NCBI GenBank assembly: GCA_951406725.2
Contig: OX597820.1
Coordinates: 117,552,001 to 117,616,000, forward strand
From: Octopus vulgaris
Lineage: Eukaryota
Length of the DNA stretch: 64,000 nucleotides
Direction of reading: 5' to 3'
Shown here: one piece after another, positions 51,900 through 64,000 of the stretch
Layout: each line of letters opens with the position of its first letter
Position numbering within the stretch: the stretch's first letter is position 1
The notes under the pieces: generated by a model
What the model was told of the DNA's origin: nothing
Database searches by the model: none
Seen by the model: only the letters and a program-made list of their open reading frames with translations
Translations under genes and position numbers: made by a program

Positions 51900-52098
51900 T
51901 ATATGACAAAGAACCTCTCCAAAACTAGACCAATATTTAAGCATTATCTGAACTTAATAAGATTATCTGTGAGCAAAAACAACAATCTATATCAGTGTAA
52001 GTAATCTCACTCTACACACATATACACATATACTCAAATACACACACACACACACACAAACACATACGTATATATACATAAATACATATATATATTTA

Positions 52099-52154
<56 letters not shown>

Positions 52155-52200
52155 TATATATATGCATAAACATTTATAGATATATACATATATATATACA

Positions 52201-52256
<56 letters not shown>

Positions 52257-52273
52257 CACTTATATACATATAT

Positions 52274-52304
<31 letters not shown>

Positions 52305-52363
52305 CACACACACATACATATACATACATACATATACATATATACATATACATACATATATAC

Positions 52364-52401
<38 letters not shown>

Positions 52402-53233
52402 GTTACATAACCTCCCCAAAACTAGACACCAATATCTAAGTGTCGTCTAAGCTTAATAAGATTATCTATGAAGGAAAACAACCAACATCAATATAACTAA
52501 TCTCCACAAACACTTTCTACTTTATTAGAATGAAGGATGCAGTGCCCCAGCATGGCCACGGCCTTAAGGCTGAAATGTATAAAAGAATAAACAAGCATAA
52601 CAAATATGCATTCCCACCATCAGCTGCCAAACAGATATCATAATGGTTTCAACACCTGGGCAGCACCATTCAATCCGGCAGTTGCAACAGTGCCTGGGAT
52701 CCAATACATATCACATGACTGACCAGCCTATCAGATGTTGTTATACATCACTGGTCACAATGCACTTTGCATCATCTTAGCTTGCAAAATGATGGCACCT
52801 CACAGGGTAGGTGAGCAGGCCAACATTCCCCCTGATCGGAAGGCTTGACCATCACAGGGTTCACCCGTTCACAGCTGAGTGGACTGGACCAACAGGAACT
52901 GAAGTGTTTTGCTGAAGAGCACAAAGTGCCTCTCAGCCCTGGAATCAAACCCATGATCTAGCAATTATGAGTGCAACACCCTAACCACTAGACCACATGC
53001 CTTCTCACACATATGTGCATATGTACATATATACATACATATATATATATATATATATACATATACACATACATTCAAAAATATTTTTGAATGTATATTA
53101 TATAGTCTTTGACTATCTTTTCTTTCTCGCTAGACCGCTGGTAGCGGAGATTTTTTCTAGAATTTTTTGCTACCCTTATATTTATTAATTAATATATATA
53201 CATACATATATATATGGATATATATATATGTAC

Positions 53234-53289
<56 letters not shown>

Positions 53290-53293
<4 letters not shown>

Positions 53294-53630
53294 GTTTGCC
53301 TGGTGCAGAGGTTGCAGGTCGCTTTTCAAGTAGAACTCTTAGCTCCAAGCACCCAATGAAGCAGGTGGCCTGTGGCAGGTCAGCACCTTATTAACTGGGG
53401 GCTGCCCAGCTTGAGGTGGGCAGTAGCTAACCAATAGAAACTCTGACATTACAACCAGCCAGGAACAGTCTTTGCTACATTTGTGGTACCTGCCAGAGGG
53501 AGTGTTTGTCCAGGATAGGACTATACAGCCACAGCAGGAAATGTATTAGGACATGAAATGTAAAAGCCAGACTAGAGTATCTTATGCACAACTCCATTGT
53601 CTCCGAGATAAAAAGGATGCCAACCAACCA
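53290..53630 (+). mobile_element. Short RTE-derived element with C-terminal zinc-finger remnant
   Basis: YICGTCQRECLSRIGLYSHSRKC near 53476-53545; CAAC tail; lies within (TA)n. Confidence 0.65.
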
Positions 53631-53668
53631 TATATATATACATACATACATACATACATACATACATA

Positions 53669-54081
53669 CGAGAGTGAGTCAAAAATTAATGCCATTTTGT
53701 TTAAGACAGGTATAATTACCAACACAGGAACATGTATCATACATCAAAATGAAGCTGGTCCTCTGTGGATCACATCCCTACTTCTCAACATAGTCACCGT
53801 TTCTCTCAATAGCAATGTTTCACCTTCGAATGAAAGCGTGTATCCCTGCCCTGTAAAATTCTGTTGACTGTTCTTTGAGCCACTTCTTCACTACAGTTTT
53901 CACTTCCTCGTCACTGGAATAATGTTTGCCTCTCAAACCCTCTTTCATGGGGCCGAAGAGATGATAGTCTGAAGGCGCTAAATTATTTCAGTGACAGGGA
54001 AGTGAAAACTGTAGTGAAGAAGTGGCTCAAAGAACAGTCAATAGAATTTTACGGGGCAGGGATACATGCTCTCATTCGAAG
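53669..54081. mobile_element. Mariner-derived fold-back MITE, copy 2 (left part)
   Basis: TA then CGAGAGTGAGTCAAAA; minus strand APSDYHLFGPMKEGLRGKHYSSDEEVKTVVKKWLKEQ; 53985-54081 is an inverted copy of about 53825-53922. Confidence 0.85.
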
Positions 54082-54566
54082 TATTCCTTTAAAGTAGGAA
54101 TACAACAATGATGACACACACTCCATCCACGGGGCTTCTGAACAGTCTCCTTCTATTCAATTTCCCTGGACAAGGCTTGGGTTAAGACTTTCGTAGAAGA
54201 CACATGACCAAGGAGCGATTATTTGAGGACTGAACTCAAAACCACATCAATAAGAAGTGAATGCCTTAACTACTCAGCCACAAAGCAAATATACAAACAT
54301 ACACACACACATTTCTTTTCCCATAGCTCTGTCACCATAGAGATGCCTGTGTGTCCCACACTCCTCCCCCTCCTCTCTCTCTCTCTCTCTCTCTTTCATG
54401 GTATCTCTTCTCACAACACACCATCCGCGTTTGCACCATAAAACTTTAACTGACCATCTGCTATTAACGTTATAAGCAGTTCTTGTCAAAAGTTCCGTCT
54501 GTCAATCTTTTGCCGTCAATCTGTTGTAAGAACTTTAACCATCCTTCAGCCATCCTTCACCGGCAT

Positions 54567-55148
54567 CACCACCACCACCACCACCACCACCACCACCACC
54601 ACCACCACCACAACCACCACCACCACCACCACCACCACCACTACCACCACCACAACCACCACCACCACCACCACCACCACCACCACCACAACAACCAAAA
54701 CCACCACCACCACCACCACCACCACCACACCACCACAACCACCACCACCACCACAACTACCAAAACCACCACCACCACCACCACCACCACCACCACCACC
54801 ACCACCACCACCACCACCACCACCACCACCACACCACCACCACCACCACCACCACCACCACCACCACCACCACCACCACCACCACCACCACCACATCCGC
54901 AATCACCACCACCACCACCACCACATCCGCAACCACCACCACCACCACAACCACCACCACCACAACCACCACCACCACCACCACCACCACAACCACCACC
55001 ACCACCACCACAACTACCACCACAACTACCACAACCACCACAACCACAACCACCACCACCACCACCACCATCACCACCACCACCACAACCACCAAAACCA
55101 CAAGCACCACAAACCACCACCACCATCACCACCACCACCACCACCACC
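54567..55148. repeat. (CAC)n microsatellite
   Basis: Direct reading. Confidence 0.95.
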
Positions 55149-55409
55149 GTCGTCGTTGTCGTCCTGTGTATAGCGTATGAATGAAGAATTGCTATTTTTT
55201 TCCTTTGCACCGCAGGATTAATGGAAACTATTGCAGCTTTACAACATTCCATTTCTTCTGAGAACTTCATCGTTCCAACCTCAACTCTGAACTTTCTAAT
55301 CACATTACATGCAAAATGAATTTTCTATTTTTGCAATTCCTAGCATTGTCTGAATATCAACAAACAATGAACCAGTTAACAACCTTTTGATACATACAGA
55401 CAGACATAA

Positions 55410-55412
55410 TAC

Positions 55413-55443
<31 letters not shown>

Positions 55444-55570
55444 TATACATATATATATATACATATATATATATACATATATATACATATATATATATAC
55501 ATATATATATACATACATATATATATATACATATATATATACATACATATATATATATACATATATATAC

Positions 55571-55659
<89 letters not shown>

Positions 55660-55812
55660 TATATACATATATATATATATACATATATATACATATATAT
55701 ATACATATATATATACATACATATATATATATACACATATATGTATACATACATATATATATATACATATATATACATATATATATACACATATATATAT
55801 ATATATAAAATA

Positions 55813-55865
<53 letters not shown>

Positions 55866-55932
55866 CATATAAATATATACATATACATATATATATCTAC
55901 ATATATATATATATACATATACAAACACAAAC

Positions 55933-55964
<32 letters not shown>

Positions 55965-56021
55965 ATATATACATATACATATATATATCTACATATATAT
56001 ATATATACATATACAAACACA

Positions 56022-56058
<37 letters not shown>

Positions 56059-56072
56059 GTATATACACATAT
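55410..56072. repeat. (TA)n/(TACA) compound microsatellite
   Basis: Direct reading. Confidence 0.95.
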
Positions 56073-56458
56073 CTACAGTCACACATCTATAGTAATGTTT
56101 AGTCACAACGTATCAGTTATATCTTCAAACATCGTTAGTCTACTAATTATTTTTCTTTGATTTCCTGCAAATTTAATCATCTTCTCATGCGGCTCATTAA
56201 TCTATTTATTTACTTATCTCTCTCCAAATATTCTTTTCTCTTTAGCCTCCATTAGCTGTTTTATGGTTATTCTATGATTTTTCAATGAGTTTTCTGATCA
56301 TCTACACTCAAAGCTTGGCTTTAAATCTCATTTCTGCGACTTCGTTTTCTACATACCTAATTAGTTGTTTAAAAGTAAATGGCATATCATAAATGATTCA
56401 TTTCAACACAGACCAAACAAGTGCATCTCTAGTCAAAATATTTGTGTGTGTGTGTGTT

Positions 56459-56489
<31 letters not shown>

Positions 56490-57288
56490 GGGAAGGCACA
56501 AGGCCTAGTGTGTGTTTGTGTGTGTTAACAACAGGACACAAAAACTGTTCTTTAATATTAATAATGGACAATTATTATACGTAACTAGCAATGACACAAA
56601 ACCCTGGGTAGCAACAGACTCATAGCTCAGACTTTAATATACGAATGTGTGTGTTAAGGCAGTGAGCTGGTAGAATTGGTAGCACACCAGACAAATTGCT
56701 TAGCAGCATTTAGTATGTCTATATGCCGGTGGCACGTAAAAAGCACCAACCGATCGTGACTGATGCCAGACCCCCTTGGCACCTGTGCATGTGGCACGTA
56801 AAAAGCACCTACTACACCCACGGAGTGGTTGGCGTTAAGAAGGGCATCCAGCTGTAGAAATACTGCCAGATCAGACTTGGAGCCTGGTGCAGCCCCTGGC
56901 TTCCCAGACCCCGGTCGAACCGTCCAACCCGTGCTAGCACGGAAAACGGACGTTAAACGATTATGATGATGATGATGATGATGATATGATCTGAGTTCAA
57001 ATCCCACAGAGGGTCAACTTTGATTTTTATTATTTCGGGGTTGATAAAACAAGTACCAGTGGAACATTGGGGTCACCTCCTACTTTGAAATTACTTGCCT
57101 TGTGCCCTAACTCTAACCTTTGAAATCATTATTGCTGTTGCTGTTGTTACTAGGCAGAATCACTGGAGAATCTGGAAAAGTGCTTTGCAGTATTCATTCT
57201 GGCTCTTTACATCACAAGATCAAATCCCACTACGGTCAACTTTGCCTTTTATCCTTTTTTTTGGGGGGGGGGGGAGGGGTCATTAAAA

Positions 57289-57728
57289 TAAGACAAGCAA
57301 TGGGTCAATAATTGCTAACGTCATTGCCCTTTGACCAATCCTTCATTAACAACGTTTTTCTTCCTTCTACCATCCACTCTTGAACTGCGCCGCTCTGTAG
57401 GCAATTATCTAATTCCAATGCAATTCTCTTGTGCATTGACCTAAACCACTTGATCCAGTAGCCTTGAATTCCATCTGGTCCTGCCACTTTCCAGTTTGGC
57501 AGCTTTGACATCTGTGCAATGACATCTTCTGTTGTTATGTGTACATAGTCCTATCATGGAGCAGCCTCCGGGTGATGGAGTTAAGATCTCATGGAATGAA
57601 TCCACTCAGTACTGTGGTTGTGCAAAACTTCTTGCCCCTAGATGTTATTCCAAAATTGGCGGGTTTCTTCTGCTTTATGAGATGTATTATCTTTTGCATT
57701 TCCTCCTAAGCCCTTAAAAAACTGCCTC

Positions 57729-57784
<56 letters not shown>

Positions 57785-57845
57785 GAGCTGAAACTCAAAT
57801 TGTAACTCTGGATTTTATGTCAATGATTGTCCAAATTATAAAAGT
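57289..57845 (-). mobile_element. R4/Dong-like reverse transcriptase (RT) fragment plus flank (duplicate of 59332-59858)
   Basis: KLPNWKVAGPDGIQGYWIKWF..GRKTLLMKD..NY*PIACL; shares the (TAT)n and the following 60 bp with the other copy. Confidence 0.85.
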
Positions 57846-58387
57846 CAAACACAGGAAGCAAAATCATTGCCTAAGTTCCTCCCTCTAAAATTGCTGGCGT
57901 TTTCTGCCCAAATTTCTAACTCCCATCATTATCATCATCATCATTATTATTTAGGAGTGGCTGTGTGGTAAGTAGCTTGCTAACCAACCACATGGTTCCG
58001 GGTTCAGTCCCGCTGCGTGGCATCTTGGGCAAGTGTCTTCTGCTATAACCCCGAGCCAACCAATGCCTTGTGAGTGGATTTGGTAGACGGAAACTGAAAA
58101 GAAGCCTGTCGTATATATGTATGTATATATATATGTATGTGTTTGAGTGTCTGTGTTTGTCCTCCTAGCATTGCTTGACAACCAATGCTGGTGTGTTTAC
58201 GTCCCCGTTACTTAGCGGTTCGGTAAAAGAGACCGATAGGATAAGTATTGGGCTTACAAAGAATAAGTTCCGGGGTCGATTTGCTCGACTAAAGGCGGTG
58301 CTCCAGCATGGCCGCAGTCAATGACTGAAACAAGTAAAAGAGTAAAAGAAAAGAGAGTTCTATATTTAAGAGATGAGGAATTGTATT

Positions 58388-58549
58388 CATTATTTACATT
58401 ATTTACATTTGATAGATATTTGTTCTCATCTTGTTTGTTGTTAACACAACATTTCGGTTGATGTACCCTCCTGCCTTCATCAGGTGTCTTGGGGAAATTT
58501 GGAAACTGGGTTCTCATTCCTAAGGTATTTTTTGCTGTTGTTGTTGTTA

Positions 58550-58590
<41 letters not shown>

Positions 58591-58916
58591 GCTATTATTA
58601 TTATTACTATTATTATTATTACTATTATTAATAATATTGAGGTCAGTGCATGGAATCGAACTCGGAATCTTGGGGTTAAGAGCAGGCATATGGCATAGCG
58701 GGCTACTAACACCAAAATTCTGAGTTCAATTCCAGGCAGTGACCTAAATAATAATAATAATAATAACATCGAAAAATACCTTAGGAATGAGAACCCAGGT
58801 TCCAAATTTCTCCAAGACACCTGATGAAGGTTGGAGAGTATATCAGGTGAAACATTGTGTTAACAACAAACAAAATGAAGACAAATATCCATCAAATGTA
58901 AATAATGTAAATAATG
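58388..58916. repeat. Head-to-head inverted pair of a tRNA-head + (AAT)n + hammerhead element
   Basis: Arms mirror around about 58690; B boxes GAGTTCGATTCC(-) and GAGTTCAATTCC(+); HHR-like motifs at 58443-58488(-) and 58816-58861(+). Confidence 0.8.
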
Positions 58917-59059
58917 TATTGTAGCCATTCATTTGCTTCTTTATATCTGAATGCATGTCTTTGGAATATCTCAGGGCACACTTAAACATCTTCTGGGGTA
59001 CACCAGTGCATACGGGTGCACCTTTTGAGAACCACTGTCTTAATCAGTGCACACGTGTT

Positions 59060-59770
59060 CTCAGCTATTTCACACATGTTGAGTGTTTCCAAAATCCATG
59101 AATGCAGCAACATGTTGTAAGCCTTTTTTGAAATCTATCCAGGCCATGCATAAGTTTTTTTTTGGTATCGTTTACAGTTCTTCATTATAACCCTGACTAT
59201 CACAGGGTGGTCCTTAGTGCCCTTGGATCCTTTTCAGCATCCCTTTTGTTCTACTGGCAGAAGATTGTTTTCCGCAAGGAACGTATATATTTTCCTTGCG
59301 AGGGTACCTGTCAATAGTTTCCATAGGAGGTTAAGACAAGCAATGGGTCAGTAATTGCCACCCTCATTGCCCTTTGACCGATCTTTCATTAACAACGTTT
59401 TTCTTCCTTCTACCATCCACTCTGGAACTGTACTGTTCTGTAGGCAGTATCTAATTCCAACGTAATTCTCTTGTGCATTGACCTAAACCACTTGATCCAG
59501 TAGCCTTGAATTCCATCTGGTCCTGCCATTTTCCAGTTTGGCAGCTTTGACATCTGTGCAATGACATCTTCTGTTGTTATGCATACATAGTCCTATCATG
59601 GAGCAGCCTCTGGGTGATGGAGTTTGGATCTCATGGAATGAATCCACTCAGCACAGTGATTGTGCAAAACTTCTTGCCCCTAGATGTTATTCCAGAATTT
59701 GGGGGTTTCTTCTGCTTCATGAGATGTATTATCTTTTGTATTTCCTCCTAAGCCCTTAAAAAACTGCCTC
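59060..59770 (-). mobile_element. R4/Dong-like reverse transcriptase fragment
   Basis: PIACLNLLWKLLTG..LLPVEQKGC..GTKD..AWIDFKKAY, with stops and frameshifts. Confidence 0.85.
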
Positions 59771-60095
59771 ATTATTATTATTATTATTATTATTATTGAG
59801 CTGAAACTCAAATTGTAACTCTGGATTTTATGTCAATGATTGTCCAAATTATAAAAGTAAAGGAAAAGCATGGCAGCAAAGTCAGAATATTCATAATTGC
59901 ATCGAAATATGATTAGTCAACAGTACATCAGGACTTGATTGATTGTTGAAAACATATACACCCTACCTTATGTACTTTTCTCTTTGTTTATAAATACAAA
60001 CATCCAACTACACACACACACACGCGCATATAGTTATCTTCATCGTCATCATTTAATGTCCATTTTCCACATTGGTATGGGTTGGACTGTATTGA

Positions 60096-61010
60096 TCATC
60101 ATCATCATCATCATCATTTAACATCCGCTTTCCATGCTGGCATGGGTTGGACGGTTCAACTGGGGTCTGGGAAGCCAGAAGGCTGCACCAGGCCCACTGA
60201 TCTGGCAGTGTTTCTACAGCTGGATGCCCTTCCTAATGCCAACCACTCCGTGAGTGTAGTGGGTGCTTTTTACGTGCCAGACGGGGCTGGCAGACAGCCA
60301 TGATCGGATGGTGTTTTATGTGCGGCACGGGGACCAGACGGCTGGCAGCCGGCCATGGTCAGATGGTGCTTTTTACGTGCCACTGGCACAGAGGCCAGTC
60401 GGGTGGCGCTGGCTACGGCCCATGTTCGGATGGTTCTCTTATGTGCCACCGGCACTGGTATCACAGCTACAAATTCCATTGAGTTTTGTGTCCCAAGAAG
60501 GAAAGGAATGCATAAGTGGGCTGGCTACATCCCAGGTGTAAGCCACAGGATTATGGCCTCACTTGTCCTACCGGGTCTTCTCACGCACAGCATGTTTCCA
60601 TAGGTCTCGGTCTCTAGTCATTTCCTCGGTGAGACCTAAAGTTCGAAGGTCGTGCTTCACCACCTCGTCCCAGGTTTTCCTGGGTCTACCTCTTCCACAG
60701 GTTCCCTCAACTGCTAGGGTGTGGCACTTTTGCACACAACTATCTTCATCCATTCTTGCCACATAACCATACCAGTGCAAACGTCTCTCTTGCACACCAC
60801 AACTGATGCTTCTTAGGTCTAACTTTTCTCTCAAAGAACTTACACTCTGTCGATTATGAACACTGACATTACACATCCATCGGAGCATACTGGCTTCATT
60901 TCTTGCAAGCTTACGCATATCCTCAGCAGTCACGGCCCATGTTTCACTGCCATGTAGCATAGCTGTTCGTACACACGTGTCATACAGTCTGCCTTTTACT
61001 CTCAGCGAGA
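60096..61010 (-). mobile_element. RTE LINE 3' portion (family of 17244-18680)
   Basis: ORF 60568-61010 nearly identical in translation; 3' UTR and (CAT)n tail. Confidence 0.9.
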
Positions 61011-61047
61011 GTATACACACATATAAACTACACACACATATGTGATA

Positions 61048-61340
61048 TCATCATCATCATCGTTCGACCGTGGTCGAGACAATGGAATTTACTATGTTGC
61101 GCCAGACTTCACGGTCCATCATGGCATTACGGAGGTCCTGTTGCTGGATGCCTGTATCCCTGGAGATTACATCAGGGTAGGAGAGTGTGCGCCCTCTGGT
61201 GTTGCGAGTAGATGGCTTCCAGAGGAGAAGAGTAGAAATTACTTCTTTTTCAGCTCTACAACAATGTCCAGCAAACTGGACTCTCCTACCTTTAACAAGA
61301 GATGACACAGGTGGTAGTTTCCCATCTATTTGCATTTTGT
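61048..61340 (-). mobile_element. Different RTE-like LINE 3' end with (GAT)n tail
   Basis: RRVQFAGHCCR..LLLWKP..MMDREVWR. Confidence 0.75.
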
Positions 61341-61559
61341 GATATACACACATATAAACTACAAGTTTGTAGTTCATTAATTTGTGTGTGTGTGTGTTGA
61401 ATTAATAAATCATGAGCTGATATATCAGTGTGACATGAAGGCAGTTATTTTGTCTCATCTTGATATTCTTTTTTGTTTTGTTTTGTTTTTTTGACCATTT
61501 ACCAATTCCTCATAAGTGATTCTTTTCATGGTGTCATCAAGAGTAAACAGAAACATTAC

Positions 61560-61685
61560 CAAAACACGATTCCATTTGACTGTAACTTTCGACAGTGCGA
61601 ACCTGTTCTCTTGCTCAACAGTCGTACATCAACAATAGACTCTCTGTGATGTAGATCCGCTTGCGTTCTCAGTTTACATTCAAGC
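61560..61685 (-). CDS. Candidate 126-bp symmetric (phase 2-2) exon, product unknown
   Basis: Long polypyrimidine tract then CCCAG acceptor; TG/GTAATG donor; only one frame open: LECKLRTQADLHHRESIVDVRLLSKRTGSHCRKLQSNGIVF. Confidence 0.35.
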
Positions 61686-62311
61686 CTGGGTAGACAAATT
61701 AACATGAAGACAAACAGACAGACAGGAAAGAGAAGAAACAGGCAGAGACTGGGAGAAAGTTTTAATTTTGAATATTTGGCCATTCAGTCACAATGAATTC
61801 ATTCTTAAGTGTCAAAGAAATAAAAATGGCCAACTGGATACAGCATGCACGTAGTAGCTTGCAAGTCCTAGGTTCAAACCCATTGCAAGTGCTTTGTTAC
61901 ATGTATGGGTGGAGGCACAACTGTGTGGTTAAGAAGTTTGCTTACCAATCACACAGCTCCATGTTCAATACCACTGTAGGACACCAAGGGTAATCAGTGG
62001 CTTCTGTTGCAGACTTAGGCTCATCTAAGGCTTGTAACGGAAAATTTGGCACATGAAATCTGTAGAAACCATTCTGGTGGATGCCACATAAAAAGCACCT
62101 CTGCTGGAACCATGTAAGAAACACCCTTGCTAGTGCCATGTAATAAGCGCCCACACTTGGGCCACATAAGATCCATCCCTGCTTGTGCCACATTAAAAAG
62201 CACCTGCACCCATGCCACATAAAATGCACCCAAAACACTCTCTGTAAAGTGGCTGGCGTTAGGAAGGGCATTCGGCCATAGAACCTTGCCAGCATGGAAA
62301 ACACATGTTAG

Positions 62312-62806
<495 letters not shown>

Positions 62807-63912
62807 CATCATAACGACTGAATCTGTTTCGGGAAGGTAGACTTAATCCATTGCTCTCTTTAGAAGTTTTAATAAAGTCCAATCTGTTGCGGGGATTTGA
62901 ACCTAGTCTGCAATCTCCACTTTTGACCAAAACACAAAAAGAACATTGGTTATTCCACTAGACTGTCTTTGAGCCCTTGACAGAATACATATCGGAGAGG
63001 CACTGCGTGAATGCTGTCTGTAATTCACTACCATCAGGACATCTGGTGAAATGACCCGACTCTCAGCTGCAAATAAACAAGGAAAAGATCTGGATTTGGG
63101 GCATTCTAGATTCACGTTCCATCTTTGACATCTGTTGGATCAAAGATCAATAACAGTAACAGCAATGACATCAACAGCAGCAGCAGCAGCCATTCAAGAA
63201 TTTGGACCTGGAGATCTCCATTTCCAGCGACTTCGAGGGCCACCTCCCAGTGGTGTCGGGCGTCAACGAAGAGCCCTCGACTACAAGACGACCAAAGTTT
63301 TTTTTTTTTTTTTCCAAGGTCTGGGGTCTCCCGCCCCTAAACCCTAGACCATCACCTAATCACCCTTATCCATTTTGTTGCTTAACAACAACAACAACAG
63401 CAGTAGTATATCTAATTACTTCTGGAAAGTCGTTAATCAAATTCCTGCCCCACCCCCAGCCTTTACTATTGCCAGCAGACAGCAAGGAGGCTTTCTGTTG
63501 TGCAAAATAACACCAAGATGCTACGGTTGGTTTCATATTTGCTTATCAGTTCATATTCAGAATTGGATGGAATACAAAGAGAAAAGAGAAAAATAGGATT
63601 GGATCTATTTGTTGTTAATATAAAGTTCAAAAATAAAAACCAAATAACTATAAGTATAATTTGATTTTAATATATATATATATATCATCATCATCATCAT
63701 CAACGTTTAACATCCTTTTTCCATGCTGGCATGGGTTGGACGGTTTGAGTGGGATCTGGGAAGCCAGGAGGCTGCACCAGGCTCCAATATATATATATAT
63801 ATATATGTGCATGTGTGTGTGTGGGTGTCTGTGGATCTGACGATACACCATAAAGTTAAACCCTTTATGGACGGGAAACCCAGGGTAACCCCATAAATCG
63901 GCCTTCCCCAGT

Positions 63913-63944
<32 letters not shown>

Positions 63945-64000
63945 AATCCTTGTTTAACATCCGTTTTCCATGCTGGCATGGGTTGGATGGTTTGACTGGG

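Noticed and set aside
55216-55319. Terminal-exon candidate after TTTGCACCGCAG (similar cases at 24407-24544(-) and 45419-45505(-))
   Set aside because: Acceptor-like sequence only; no homology or partner exons.

Overview
AT-rich, microsatellite-dense animal DNA that is mostly intronic or intergenic. The repeat content suggests a coleoid cephalopod such as Octopus (inference). One host exon is clearly recognisable: an IQCG/DRC9 internal exon on the minus strand (7250-7493). A perfect RFX X-box next to a CCAAT box lies about 12 kb upstream, and there are two weaker candidate exons. The rest is a nested pile of mobile DNA: several tRNA-derived SINE families, RTE-type LINE pieces (one with a PHD finger, one 5'-inverted with a target-site duplication, TSD), R4/Dong-like and CR1/L2-like fragments, DD34D and DD37D Tc1/mariner relics, a fold-back mariner MITE, a hAT MITE, Helitron/Helentron-type elements, and a 1.8-kb 14-bp satellite with higher-order structure. 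The main signal missing from the ORF track is about 14 type-I hammerhead ribozyme (HHR) motifs (CUGANGA...GAAA, palindromic stem III, NUH) from several unrelated small non-coding families. Most sit beside (TA)n tracts, and three pairs form fold-backs with a ribozyme on each strand. One family carries a tRNA-like Pol III head. Most long ORFs in the track are microsatellite or satellite artefacts. All calls were made by eye; no searches or folding programs were run.
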